Below are positions 9,854-18,055 of a stretch of 64,000 nucleotides of DNA, one piece after another. How positions within the stretch are numbered: position 1 is the stretch's first letter; each line of letters opens with the position of its first letter. A model generated the notes under the pieces. The model made no database searches. It was not told the DNA's origin and saw nothing but the letters and a program-made list of their open reading frames with translations. Source of the stretch: an uncultured Gemmatimonadales bacterium (lineage in GTDB: Bacteria > Gemmatimonadota > Gemmatimonadetes > Gemmatimonadales > GWC2-71-9); NCBI GenBank assembly GCA_963795085.1, contig CAWCFX010000003.1:288001-352000 (forward strand), written 5' to 3'. The position numbers and the translations under genes were made by a program.

Positions 9854-10342
9854 TCAGCCGAACAGCTTGTCAATTTCATCTTCAGCATCACCCAGGAAGC
9901 CGGTTTCCACATGGGATCGTCCAGCGCCGTCCTGGCTGAACATCCCTTCGAAGACCTTGTTCAGTTCGCCCACGGTATTCTTGACCCGCAGCTTGACCAG
10001 CCCGAGCGTGGTACGGTTGTCGAACAGCACGACCAGGATGACCCGGCGGGCGATATCCGCCAGGTACATGGATTCCTTCTCTCCCTGGTGAAACAGGGCC
10101 CCGAACTCGGGCTCCCCGATCATCTTGGCCAACTGGTCGTTGGCGCTGAAGTCGGCGGCGGTAAGGGAGGCGAACGCGGTCGGATCGAAGGTGGGAGGCT
10201 CGCCGGCGGTGGTGATCATCTGCCCGGTGCGGTCAACGATCAGCGCGGTCCGGGCCCCGGACTCACGCAGGAATTCGACCAGGATGACCTGGATGCTCCG
10301 GGCATCTTCTTCACGGAAGGACCAACTGGAAGCGCCTGACAT
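9854..10342 (-). CDS. mglB: MglB roadblock/LC7 protein (MglA GAP)
   Basis: ALIVDRTGQ, LAKMIGEPEF..LFHQGEKES, FDNRTTLGLVKLRV, C-terminal 'EDEIDKLFG'; GGAGG RBS; directly upstream of mglA. Confidence 0.93.
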   Translation of the reverse strand: MSGASSWSFREEDARSIQVILVEFLRESGARTALIVDRTGQMITTAGEPPTFDPTAFASLTAADFSANDQLAKMIGEPEFGALFHQGEKESMYLADIARRVILVVLFDNRTTLGLVKLRVKNTVGELNKVFEGMFSQDGAGRSHVETGFLGDAEDEIDKLFG

Positions 10343-10629
10343 CACCCTCCTGCCTTGGTAGTTCCGAGCATGGTTTCCATCCGGCGCAGGACCGCGGCGG
10401 CGCGCCGGCGCAGCATCGGCTGCGTCTCCCAGGCGAGATAGTCCCGCAAAAGCCGAACCGTGTCGATCTCCACCTGCCCCTGGAGGTAGGCCAGGGCCGA
10501 GAGCCGGCGCAGCGGCTGCCCGCTGAAGAGGTCGTTCCGACTGCGAACCAGGTGGTGCCGCCCGGCGAACCAGCCGGCCGTGAGTCCCAGCAGGCCCGCG
10601 CCAAAGAACAGGAAACTGCGGGAGCGCAT
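10342..10629 (-). CDS. 95-aa membrane-anchored protein with HEAT-like helices
   Basis: ATG 2 nt after recR stop, with GGAGG in the recR tail; N-terminal TM; stop overlaps mglB start. Confidence 0.75.
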   Translation of the reverse strand: MRSRSFLFFGAGLLGLTAGWFAGRHHLVRSRNDLFSGQPLRRLSALAYLQGQVEIDTVRLLRDYLAWETQPMLRRRAAAVLRRMETMLGTTKAGG

Positions 10630-10631
10630 GG

Positions 10632-11222
10632 CTAGCGAACCTCCTGCCGCTCGAGCAGGGCATGTGCCAGTGTCACCCCATCCACGAACTCCAGGTCGCC
10701 GCCCATGGGAAGCCCCCGGGCCAGGCGGGTCACCTTGACGCTCATACCGGACAGCAGTTGCTGGATGTAGGTGGCGGTGACCTCGCCCTCCATGGAGGGA
10801 TTGGTCGCCAGGATGATCTCCGTCACGCCATCGTGCTGAACCCGGTGCATCAACTGCCGGATCCGGAGCGCCTCCGGGCCCACCCCGCTCAATGGGTCCA
10901 ACCGACCGCCCAGCACGTGGTAGCGGCCCCGGAACCCGGTAGCCCGGTCCAGGACCCCGACGGCGGACGGCTCCTCGACCACACAGACCACCGCCGGATC
11001 CCGGCGGGGATCCTGGCAGAATTCGCAGGTGTCCGTTTCGGCCGGTGTCCCACACACTCCGCAGGGCCGCACCCGCTCGGCCACGGCCGCGAGGACCGTG
11101 GCCAACCGCACCGCTTGTTGTGGAGACTGCTGCAGCAGGTGAAAGGTCAGGCGCTGGGCCGTCTTCCGGCCGATGCCTGGCAACCGGGCAAATTCGGTGA
11201 TCAGGTCCTCAATCGCGGGCAC
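10632..11222 (-). CDS. recR: Recombination mediator RecR
   Basis: LPGIGRKTAQRL HhH, C4 zinc finger, CVVEE, YHVLGG, ATNPSMEGEVTA Toprim, TRLARGLPMGG. Confidence 0.97.
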   Translation of the reverse strand: MPAIEDLITEFARLPGIGRKTAQRLTFHLLQQSPQQAVRLATVLAAVAERVRPCGVCGTPAETDTCEFCQDPRRDPAVVCVVEEPSAVGVLDRATGFRGRYHVLGGRLDPLSGVGPEALRIRQLMHRVQHDGVTEIILATNPSMEGEVTATYIQQLLSGMSVKVTRLARGLPMGGDLEFVDGVTLAHALLERQEVR

Positions 11223-11225
11223 CGG

Positions 11226-11534
11226 TCAGAGCGGCATGTTGAAAGGGAACGGCTGCACCTTTCGCATTTCCGCCTGGAGTACTTCCTGGGCCCGGCGCTG
11301 CGCCTCGGCCACCGCGGAGGTGACCAGATCGGAGAGGAACTCGGCATCCCGGTCCTCGAAAGCCGCCGGATCGATGGTGATGGACCGGACGGTGCCCCGG
11401 CCGTCGGCCGTGACTTTGACCAAACCCGCCCCCGCCGAAGTCTCGATGGTGCGGGATGCAAGTTCGGTCTGGATCTCCTGCAGCCGGCCCTGCATCTGCT
11501 GGCCCAGCTGAAACAACTGCTGTAGGTCTGCCAT
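11226..11534 (-). CDS. ybaB: YbaB/EbfC nucleoid-associated protein
   Basis: QQMQ..SAGAGLVKVTADG..IDP..DAEFLSDLV; canonical position between dnaX and recR. Confidence 0.92.
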   Translation of the reverse strand: MADLQQLFQLGQQMQGRLQEIQTELASRTIETSAGAGLVKVTADGRGTVRSITIDPAAFEDRDAEFLSDLVTSAVAEAQRRAQEVLQAEMRKVQPFPFNMPL

Positions 11535-11652
11535 GAATCCGTAAGTTCCTGTCAAATCGTAAAATAGGCGCGCATCCGGAGGGGGCAAGTGGTCCCGTGA
11601 GCCAAGGCGCCAGGGCTGGATGCACCACCGGACCCCTGGCCCCCGTTGCCCC

Positions 11653-13383
11653 TCAGTCCACGATCTCCAAATCTAACTCATCGGCGGCGGCATCGAGGGC
11701 CGGATCCTTCTTCCGCAGCGTCTTAAGCCGCTCCGCCCTGGCCCCGGCATCCGACATCCGCTTTGGCCGGGGTGCGGAATCCTCGGGTAATGGAGTAGCC
11801 GAACCCACCTGGAAGGTGACCGGGGCCGCGACGAAGCGGACCAGGATTGCCTCCACGATACCGCGCTGCCGATTGAGCCGCTCGGCGATCAGGGGATTGG
11901 GGTCCAGCAACTCCACCGTGAGCCTGGGAGGAGCCGCCTCGATCGGTCGGCTGGCGCCCAGGGCCTCGCCCAGGAAGGGACTTTCCTTGCGGGCCTCCGC
12001 CACCACAGCGCCCCACGCCTCCTCCAGGGCGGACACGGTGAACGGCACCGGGTCGGCCGACAAACCCGGTCCCGGGGGCGGGGGCAGGGGAACCGCCTCC
12101 GGCGCCTCGGTGGGCACCGGCGGGGTGGGCGCGGGCTCCCGGGTCGCTCGGGGCTCGGGCCGGGCAGATGGCGCGGGAAGGATGGGCCGGCGGGGCGCGT
12201 TCGGTTCCCCGCCGGTATTCCGAGCGGGCGGAGTGGCCCCATCCCCCAGCTGGGCCAGGACCCGTTCCAGGTCCACGACCTGATCCATCAATGTCCAGCG
12301 AAGCAGGAGCGTCTCAACCATCAACCGCGGGTTCGCGCTGCGCCGGATCCCCTGCTCCTGGTCGGCCAGCAGCTTGAGCATCCGCAGGACATCGCCGGCG
12401 GCCAGCCGGGTGCGATAGTGGTCCAGCTGCTGGCGCATGGCTTCGGTGAGACCCTCCGGGTCCGAGCCCAGCTGGAGCATCAACAGCGACCGCAGCATCT
12501 CGGCGGCCCCGTTCATGAACTCGCCCAGGTCGGCGCCACCCTGGGTCAGCCGCTCGACCAGCGGGAAGACCGCCTCGGGGCGGCGCTCGGCGACCATCGC
12601 CAGGACTTCGCCGTAGAGTTCGTCGTCCACCAGGCTGAGAATGGACCGGACGCTTTTCACGGTCAGCTCGCCGTCGCCGAAGCTGAGACACTGGTCGAGC
12701 ACCGAGAGGGCATCCCGCATCCCGCCATCGGCGCCCCGGGCAATGAGGGTCAGCGCATCGTCCTCCGCCCGGATTCCCTCTGCCCGGGCCACCTCCCGGA
12801 GGCGCTCGCGAATGGCGGCCGGCCCGATCCGGCGGAAATCGAAGCGCTGCAGCCGCGACATCACCGGGGCCGCCGCCTGCGCAATCTTCTGCGGCTCGGT
12901 GGTGGCGAAGACAAACACCACGCCGGGCGGCGGCTCTTCCAGGATCTTGAGAAGGGCGTTCCACGCCTCCCGGGTGAGCATGTGGGCCTCGTCCACGATG
13001 TACACCTTGTAGTGGCCGGGCTGGGACGCCGCGTACATCGCCCGCTCGCGCAGTTCCCGGGCATCGTCCACCCCCCGGTTGCTGGCGGCGTCAATCTCCA
13101 CCACGTCCAGGTTGGCGGACCCGGCCCAGATCCGGGCACAGTTGACGCACTCGCCACAAGGCTCGCCGGGCGGATCCATCTCCTCTTTCCGCTCGCAGTT
13201 CAGGGCCATGGCCAGGATCCGCGCCGCGGTGGTCTTCCCCACCCCGCGAGGGCCGGTCAGCAGGTATCCGTGCCCCACCCGGTTTCGGGCGATGGCACCG
13301 CGGAGCACGTTGGCCACGTGGTCCTGCACGATGAGATCGGAAAATTTCCGGGGACGGTACTTCCGGGCGAGCGCGATTGCCAT
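11653..13383 (-). CDS. dnaX: DNA polymerase III subunit gamma/tau
   Basis: LARKYRP, GPRGVGKTT, EIDAASNRGVD, DEAHML, LLKILEEPP; Pro-rich linker. Confidence 0.97.
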   Translation of the reverse strand: MAIALARKYRPRKFSDLIVQDHVANVLRGAIARNRVGHGYLLTGPRGVGKTTAARILAMALNCERKEEMDPPGEPCGECVNCARIWAGSANLDVVEIDAASNRGVDDARELRERAMYAASQPGHYKVYIVDEAHMLTREAWNALLKILEEPPPGVVFVFATTEPQKIAQAAAPVMSRLQRFDFRRIGPAAIRERLREVARAEGIRAEDDALTLIARGADGGMRDALSVLDQCLSFGDGELTVKSVRSILSLVDDELYGEVLAMVAERRPEAVFPLVERLTQGGADLGEFMNGAAEMLRSLLMLQLGSDPEGLTEAMRQQLDHYRTRLAAGDVLRMLKLLADQEQGIRRSANPRLMVETLLLRWTLMDQVVDLERVLAQLGDGATPPARNTGGEPNAPRRPILPAPSARPEPRATREPAPTPPVPTEAPEAVPLPPPPGPGLSADPVPFTVSALEEAWGAVVAEARKESPFLGEALGASRPIEAAPPRLTVELLDPNPLIAERLNRQRGIVEAILVRFVAAPVTFQVGSATPLPEDSAPRPKRMSDAGARAERLKTLRKKDPALDAAADELDLEIVD

Positions 13384-13402
13384 GGCAAGGAAGATAGACG
13401 GT

Positions 13403-13460
13403 CCGGGGGGAGGGGGAAAGAAAAAGGGGGTGGCAGGGATCCCCCCCTCCCTCCCCCCGG
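13403..13460. repeat. G/C inverted repeat between divergent dnaX and ABC1 kinase
   Basis: CCGGGGGGAGGG ... CCCTCCCCCCGG. Confidence 0.55.
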
Positions 13461-13544
13461 GCCCCTCGCCGCTTTTGCGTAAGCCCCATCACGGACAGCC
13501 TAACCGGCACTTCGCAACATCCATACGTCTCCAGCGAGGATCGT

Positions 13545-15230
13545 ATGAGCATCTCTCTCAAGGCGGCCCACCTCAAGCGATACCGGGACATCGCCCGGTT
13601 GTTCATCAAGTACGGGCGTTCCGACCTGGTCGCGTCGGCGGGCATGAATGGCGACCTGGTGCCGCCGGTCCCGCAGGACGTCCCGGTGCCGGCCGCCGAG
13701 GAACTGGCGACCGACCTGGAGAAAATGGGGCCCACGTTCATCAAGCTGGGCCAGCTGCTGTCCAGCCGGGGGGAGATTCTGCCGCCGGCCTACCTTACCG
13801 CCCTGGAGCGGCTGCAGGACGACGTGGAACCCTTTCCCTTCTCCGACGTGGAGAAGATCGTCACCGAGGAACTGGGCGCCCGGCTGTCCAAGGCCTTTTC
13901 ATTCTTCGATTCAACCCCGCTGGCCGCCGCCTCCCTGGGCCAGGTGCACCGGGCGGCGCTCCGGGACGGCCGGGCGGTGGTAGTCAAGGTCCAGCGCCCC
14001 GGCATCCGGGAGCGGGTGGTCGAGGACCTCGACGCCTTTGACGAGATCACCACGCTGCTGCTCAAGCATACCAGCCTGGGAGAGCGCTACGACCTCGCCG
14101 GGATCATGGACCAGTTCCGCAAGTCGCTGCTCACCGAACTGGATTACCGGCGGGAGGCGGCCAACCTGCTCCGGCTGGGACAGAACCTCCGGTCATTCGA
14201 GCAGATCGTTGTCCCGGCCGCGGTGGATGACTACACCACGACCAGGATCCTCACCATGGACTACGTGAGCGGCAAGAAGATCACCGCGCTGAGTCCTCTG
14301 ACCCTGATCGAGGTGGACGGCGAGGAACTGGCGGAGAGCCTCTTCCGGGCCTACCTCAAGCAGATCTTCGTGGACGGGTTTTTTCATGCCGACCCTCATC
14401 CGGGCAACGTCTTCCTGACCGAGGACTACCGGATCGCGCTGCTGGACCTCGGCATGGTCGCCACCATTCCGCCCCGGATGCAGGAACACCTGCTCCAGAT
14501 GGTGCTGGCGATCGCGGAGGGACGCAGCGACGAAACCGCCGACTTCGTGCTCAAACTGGGCGAGACGACCGAGCACCTGGACGAGCGGGAGTTCCGGCGC
14601 CGGGTGGCGGAGCTGGTCAGCGCCAGCCATGGCGCCAGCATCGGGGAACTCAAGGTGGGCCGCATATTCCTCGAGATGTCCCACTATTCGGCCGAGACCG
14701 GGGTGCGGCTCCCGCCGGAACTGACCTTGCTCGGCAAGGCGCTCCTCAACCTGGATGGCATCGGCCGCACCCTGGCTCCGGAGTTCGACCCCAATGCGTC
14801 CATCCGGAGAAACTCGGCCCGGCTGATGAACCAGCGGATGATCAAGAGCCTGTCGCCGGGCAGCATTTTCAGCAACGTGATCGAAATGAAGGAAATGGTG
14901 GACCGCCTGCCGGGACGGGTGAACAAGATCCTGGACCACGCGGCCAACAATCAGCTGGGGCTCAAGATCGACACGGGAATCGACTCAGCCCAGTTCATGG
15001 TCGGGCTGCAGAAGGTGGCCAACCGGATCACCATCGGCTTGATCCTGGCGGCGCTGATCGTCGGGGCGGCGTTGCTGATGCGGATCGAGACGAGCTTCAG
15101 GATTTTCGGCTATCCGGGGCTGGCCATGCTGTGTTTTCTCGGGGCGGCCGGCATCGGGCTGGCCCTGTTGCTGCATATCGTGTGGCAGGACGTGTCGGAG
15201 AGCGAAAGCAGGAAAGGACGGAGACAATGA
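13545..15230 (+). CDS. ABC1/AarF/UbiB-family atypical kinase
   Basis: MGPTFIKLGQ, LAAASLGQVHRA, VKVQRPG, FFHADPHPGN, LLDLGMV; C-terminal TM pair. Confidence 0.93.
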   Translation: MSISLKAAHLKRYRDIARLFIKYGRSDLVASAGMNGDLVPPVPQDVPVPAAEELATDLEKMGPTFIKLGQLLSSRGEILPPAYLTALERLQDDVEPFPFSDVEKIVTEELGARLSKAFSFFDSTPLAAASLGQVHRAALRDGRAVVVKVQRPGIRERVVEDLDAFDEITTLLLKHTSLGERYDLAGIMDQFRKSLLTELDYRREAANLLRLGQNLRSFEQIVVPAAVDDYTTTRILTMDYVSGKKITALSPLTLIEVDGEELAESLFRAYLKQIFVDGFFHADPHPGNVFLTEDYRIALLDLGMVATIPPRMQEHLLQMVLAIAEGRSDETADFVLKLGETTEHLDEREFRRRVAELVSASHGASIGELKVGRIFLEMSHYSAETGVRLPPELTLLGKALLNLDGIGRTLAPEFDPNASIRRNSARLMNQRMIKSLSPGSIFSNVIEMKEMVDRLPGRVNKILDHAANNQLGLKIDTGIDSAQFMVGLQKVANRITIGLILAALIVGAALLMRIETSFRIFGYPGLAMLCFLGAAGIGLALLLHIVWQDVSESESRKGRRQ

Positions 15231-15239
15231 AGGAAGAGT

Positions 15240-15336
15240 GCCCCAGGCACCCCGAAGCGACACCAGACATCGCTTAGCGCTGCTACCGGCAAGGTCCTGA
15301 CGCGATTCGCGCGCCAGCGCCCTTCGGACCTGGGGC
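15240..15336 (-). ncRNA. ffs: Small bacterial SRP RNA (4.5S)
   Basis: ~97-nt hairpin closed by GCCCCAGG/CCTGGGGC; core TCAGG-ACC-loop-GGT-AGCAGC matches SRP domain IV; close to dnaX. Confidence 0.85.
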
Positions 15337-15412
15337 GAGGGAAAAGTAACGGCCCAGGGGGCGATCGGCCAGTGGTCCCCAGCGGGTTAGTGCCCCACAC
15401 CCCTCAATTCGC

Positions 15413-17818
15413 TCAATCCGCCACCTGCTCGAACCGCAGATTGAGCACCGGGTACTCCCGCCACCCGTCAAAGTCGAAGTGCCACCACTCTTCCGCATAC
15501 ACGGTAAAGCCCTGGGCCTCCATCGCGGTACGCAGCAGCTCTCGATGCCAGCGCTGCCGTGCGGTGCCCCCGGGGTACCCCGGCAGGCTGCGGGGGGTGG
15601 CCTCGTCGTAGGTTCCCACCATTTCCACCGGCGCGCCAGTCTCGAGGTCGTAAAGGGTCAGGTCCACGGCCGCGCCCCGGTTGTGCCGCGATCCGTTGGC
15701 CGGATCAGCCACCAGCCAGCGGAGGGAATCGGGGGTGGCATCCCAGAACACGCGGGTGACGTACCAGGGCCGGTAGGCATCGTGAATCAGCAGGCCGTAG
15801 CCCTGGTCCCGGAGCCAGCGGTGGGCCCGGAGCAGGGCTTCCCCGGCCGGCCGCTGAAGTAATGCGCGCGCAGCGGAGTAGAACGTGGTGCCCAGGAAGT
15901 TGTTGGTCGTGGCGTATCTGATGTCGAACCGGATGGTCGCGTCCAGGGTGGCGAGGTCCACCAGGTCCGGCGCCCGAAGACCGCCGGGCTGGACCGGCGG
16001 AGTGGCGGCCAGCGCCTCCTGCAACAACATGGGCACCGGACGAACCGGGGTGACCTGGAGTTGCCCGTTCGCTTCGGGGCCGACCGACCGGCGGGGAAAC
16101 TCGATGCCATTCAGGCTGACCGATATTCCCCTGCCCTCCGCGTCCCGGCGAACCACGAGGCGCTCCCCGGCGTATAAGCCGCGGGGTGGCAATCGGAAGA
16201 CCGAATCGGACAGCTCCTCGAGCGGGAAGGCGAAAAACCACTCGATCAGCACCCGGAGTCGCCCGAGGTCCTCGTAGAGGTAAAGGACGTTGTGGTCCCA
16301 CCCGTATTCACCGATGAGTCCCGCCCAGCGGGCGGGGACCTCGGGAGGAAACGGGGGGGGCGCCCTGGTGAAGAATTGCTCTCCGAACGCGATGGAGCTG
16401 TCGGTGAGCGGCGAAAAGGCGTTACCGAACTCCCGGACATCGTCCACCACGAGGTCGGGACCGGAGGCGCGCAGCGCGACCGCCACTCCGCCCGCCGGGA
16501 CCAGGGCCAGGCCATCGGGCCGCTCCAGCAACTCGAAACGCCGCTGGCCGTGGAAATAGTGGCCTCGCATGGCACGGGCGCGCCCGGGCGGAATCGGCTC
16601 GGTCTGCAGCGGTTCGGGAAGCGGACCCCCGGCCCGCTCCGCCCGCATGGCGCGCAGCGCGAACGCGCCGAGGCGCTCCAGCACCTGGTTGGAGAACTCG
16701 AGATTGGCAATGACCACGACGCCGAGTTTTTCCGCGGTCAGGCCGTGCAGCTCAGTGGAGAAGCCGTAAACCGCCCCGCCGTGGCTCACGTGCGGGCTGC
16801 CTTCGAAAGGGCTCACCCCGAACCCCAGTCCAAAAAAGGAGCCGGCCTCGAACTGGGGCCGCCACATCTGCTCCAGTGCGGCCGAGTCCACCAGCGGGGT
16901 ATCCGCCACGGTCCCCCGGCGAAACAGGAAGCTGAGGAAGCGGGCCAGGTCCACGGCGGTGGAACGCAGGCCCGCCGCAGGCTCGATTCCCCACTCGAAG
17001 TCAGGCGCCCCGAAGCGGCGTCCGTCCACCGTCCACATCGTGCCGGCAGCCGCCTCGCCCGGCAGGACCGGGGGCCCGAAGGCCGACCGGCTCATCCCGA
17101 TCGGCCCGAGGAGGCGTTGGGCCATGACCCGGTCAAACGGGGCCCCGGCGGCCACCTCGAGCACCCGCCCGGCGACGGCGTAACCGGCGTTGGAGTACTT
17201 GACGGTGCTCTCCGGAGGAAACACCAGGGTGGTGCCGTTGAGACTGGCCACGGTCGCGGCGAGCGTCGCGGGCGCCGGGGTGAAGTAGTTGCCCACCGGG
17301 GGTTCGTGCACCAGGCCGGAGCGATGCGCCAGCAGTTGCCGCAATGTTACCGGGCGCGACCCAGGGTTTCCGGGGTTGAAGCCAGGGAGATAGTCCGTAA
17401 CTGGCCGGTCGAGGCCCAGCCCGCCCGTTCCCACCTCCTGCATGACACCGAGCGCGGTAAACAACTTGGAGACGGACCCTACCCGGTAGATGGTCTGGGC
17501 GGTCGCGGGAAGGCTGTCGGCCGGGCGGGCGGTCCCGAAACCGCGCGCCCACACAATCCGCTGGTCCTCCACCAGGGCGATGGAGAGACCGGGGATCGCC
17601 TTGTCGGCCATTTCATGGACGATGAACCGGGTGACCGCCGCCGCAGTCTGGGAGTAGGACGGGGCCGCCGGGATGGAATCCTGGCCGCCCGCCGGCCCGG
17701 CGCTTGCCAGCAGGATGGACACCAGGGCGAAACACCGGCGGCGGCGGGGGCCGCACGGCGCCCTGTGATGGCCGCCACACACCGGGCGCGCCCATCCGGG
17801 GTAGGTTGGGATCATCAT
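15413..17818 (-). CDS. Fusion: beta-lactamase-family serine hydrolase + M15D D-Ala-D-Ala dipeptidase (VanX/DdpX-like)
   Basis: N-half GSVSK, YSN, HGG; C-half DAYRP, SRHNRGAAVD, EEWWH; start uncertain. Confidence 0.88.
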   Translation of the reverse strand: MMIPTYPGWARPVCGGHHRAPCGPRRRRCFALVSILLASAGPAGGQDSIPAAPSYSQTAAAVTRFIVHEMADKAIPGLSIALVEDQRIVWARGFGTARPADSLPATAQTIYRVGSVSKLFTALGVMQEVGTGGLGLDRPVTDYLPGFNPGNPGSRPVTLRQLLAHRSGLVHEPPVGNYFTPAPATLAATVASLNGTTLVFPPESTVKYSNAGYAVAGRVLEVAAGAPFDRVMAQRLLGPIGMSRSAFGPPVLPGEAAAGTMWTVDGRRFGAPDFEWGIEPAAGLRSTAVDLARFLSFLFRRGTVADTPLVDSAALEQMWRPQFEAGSFFGLGFGVSPFEGSPHVSHGGAVYGFSTELHGLTAEKLGVVVIANLEFSNQVLERLGAFALRAMRAERAGGPLPEPLQTEPIPPGRARAMRGHYFHGQRRFELLERPDGLALVPAGGVAVALRASGPDLVVDDVREFGNAFSPLTDSSIAFGEQFFTRAPPPFPPEVPARWAGLIGEYGWDHNVLYLYEDLGRLRVLIEWFFAFPLEELSDSVFRLPPRGLYAGERLVVRRDAEGRGISVSLNGIEFPRRSVGPEANGQLQVTPVRPVPMLLQEALAATPPVQPGGLRAPDLVDLATLDATIRFDIRYATTNNFLGTTFYSAARALLQRPAGEALLRAHRWLRDQGYGLLIHDAYRPWYVTRVFWDATPDSLRWLVADPANGSRHNRGAAVDLTLYDLETGAPVEMVGTYDEATPRSLPGYPGGTARQRWHRELLRTAMEAQGFTVYAEEWWHFDFDGWREYPVLNLRFEQVAD

Positions 17819-17857
17819 TGCCGTCCGCCGTTTTCTGCCAAATCAGGAGTGAAGAAC

Positions 17858-18055
17858 ATGCCCAGGGAAGTGCCGCGCCGTCGCGCCAGTGATCGGGACC
17901 AGCACGCCGAACCGGGACTCATGTTCGGGCTGGATTGGGCTCGCGAGGACGAGTCGCCGGCCAGCTTCGACCCGCAGGCGCCGACCCCCGACCGCCGCGA
18001 ACGCAGTCTGGACTGGGCCGGAGATGACCGCCGGGCCCGGCGGACAGGCTCCTAG
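17858..18055 (+). CDS. Putative 65-aa charged protein
   Basis: AGGAG RBS before ATG; fills the gap between two minus-strand genes; LDWA occurs twice. Confidence 0.45.
   Translation: MPREVPRRRASDRDQHAEPGLMFGLDWAREDESPASFDPQAPTPDRRERSLDWAGDDRRARRTGS

Noticed and set aside
11653..13383. Programmed frameshift or slippage site in dnaX
   Set aside because: No A-AAA-AAG or poly-A/T tract seen in the linker region.
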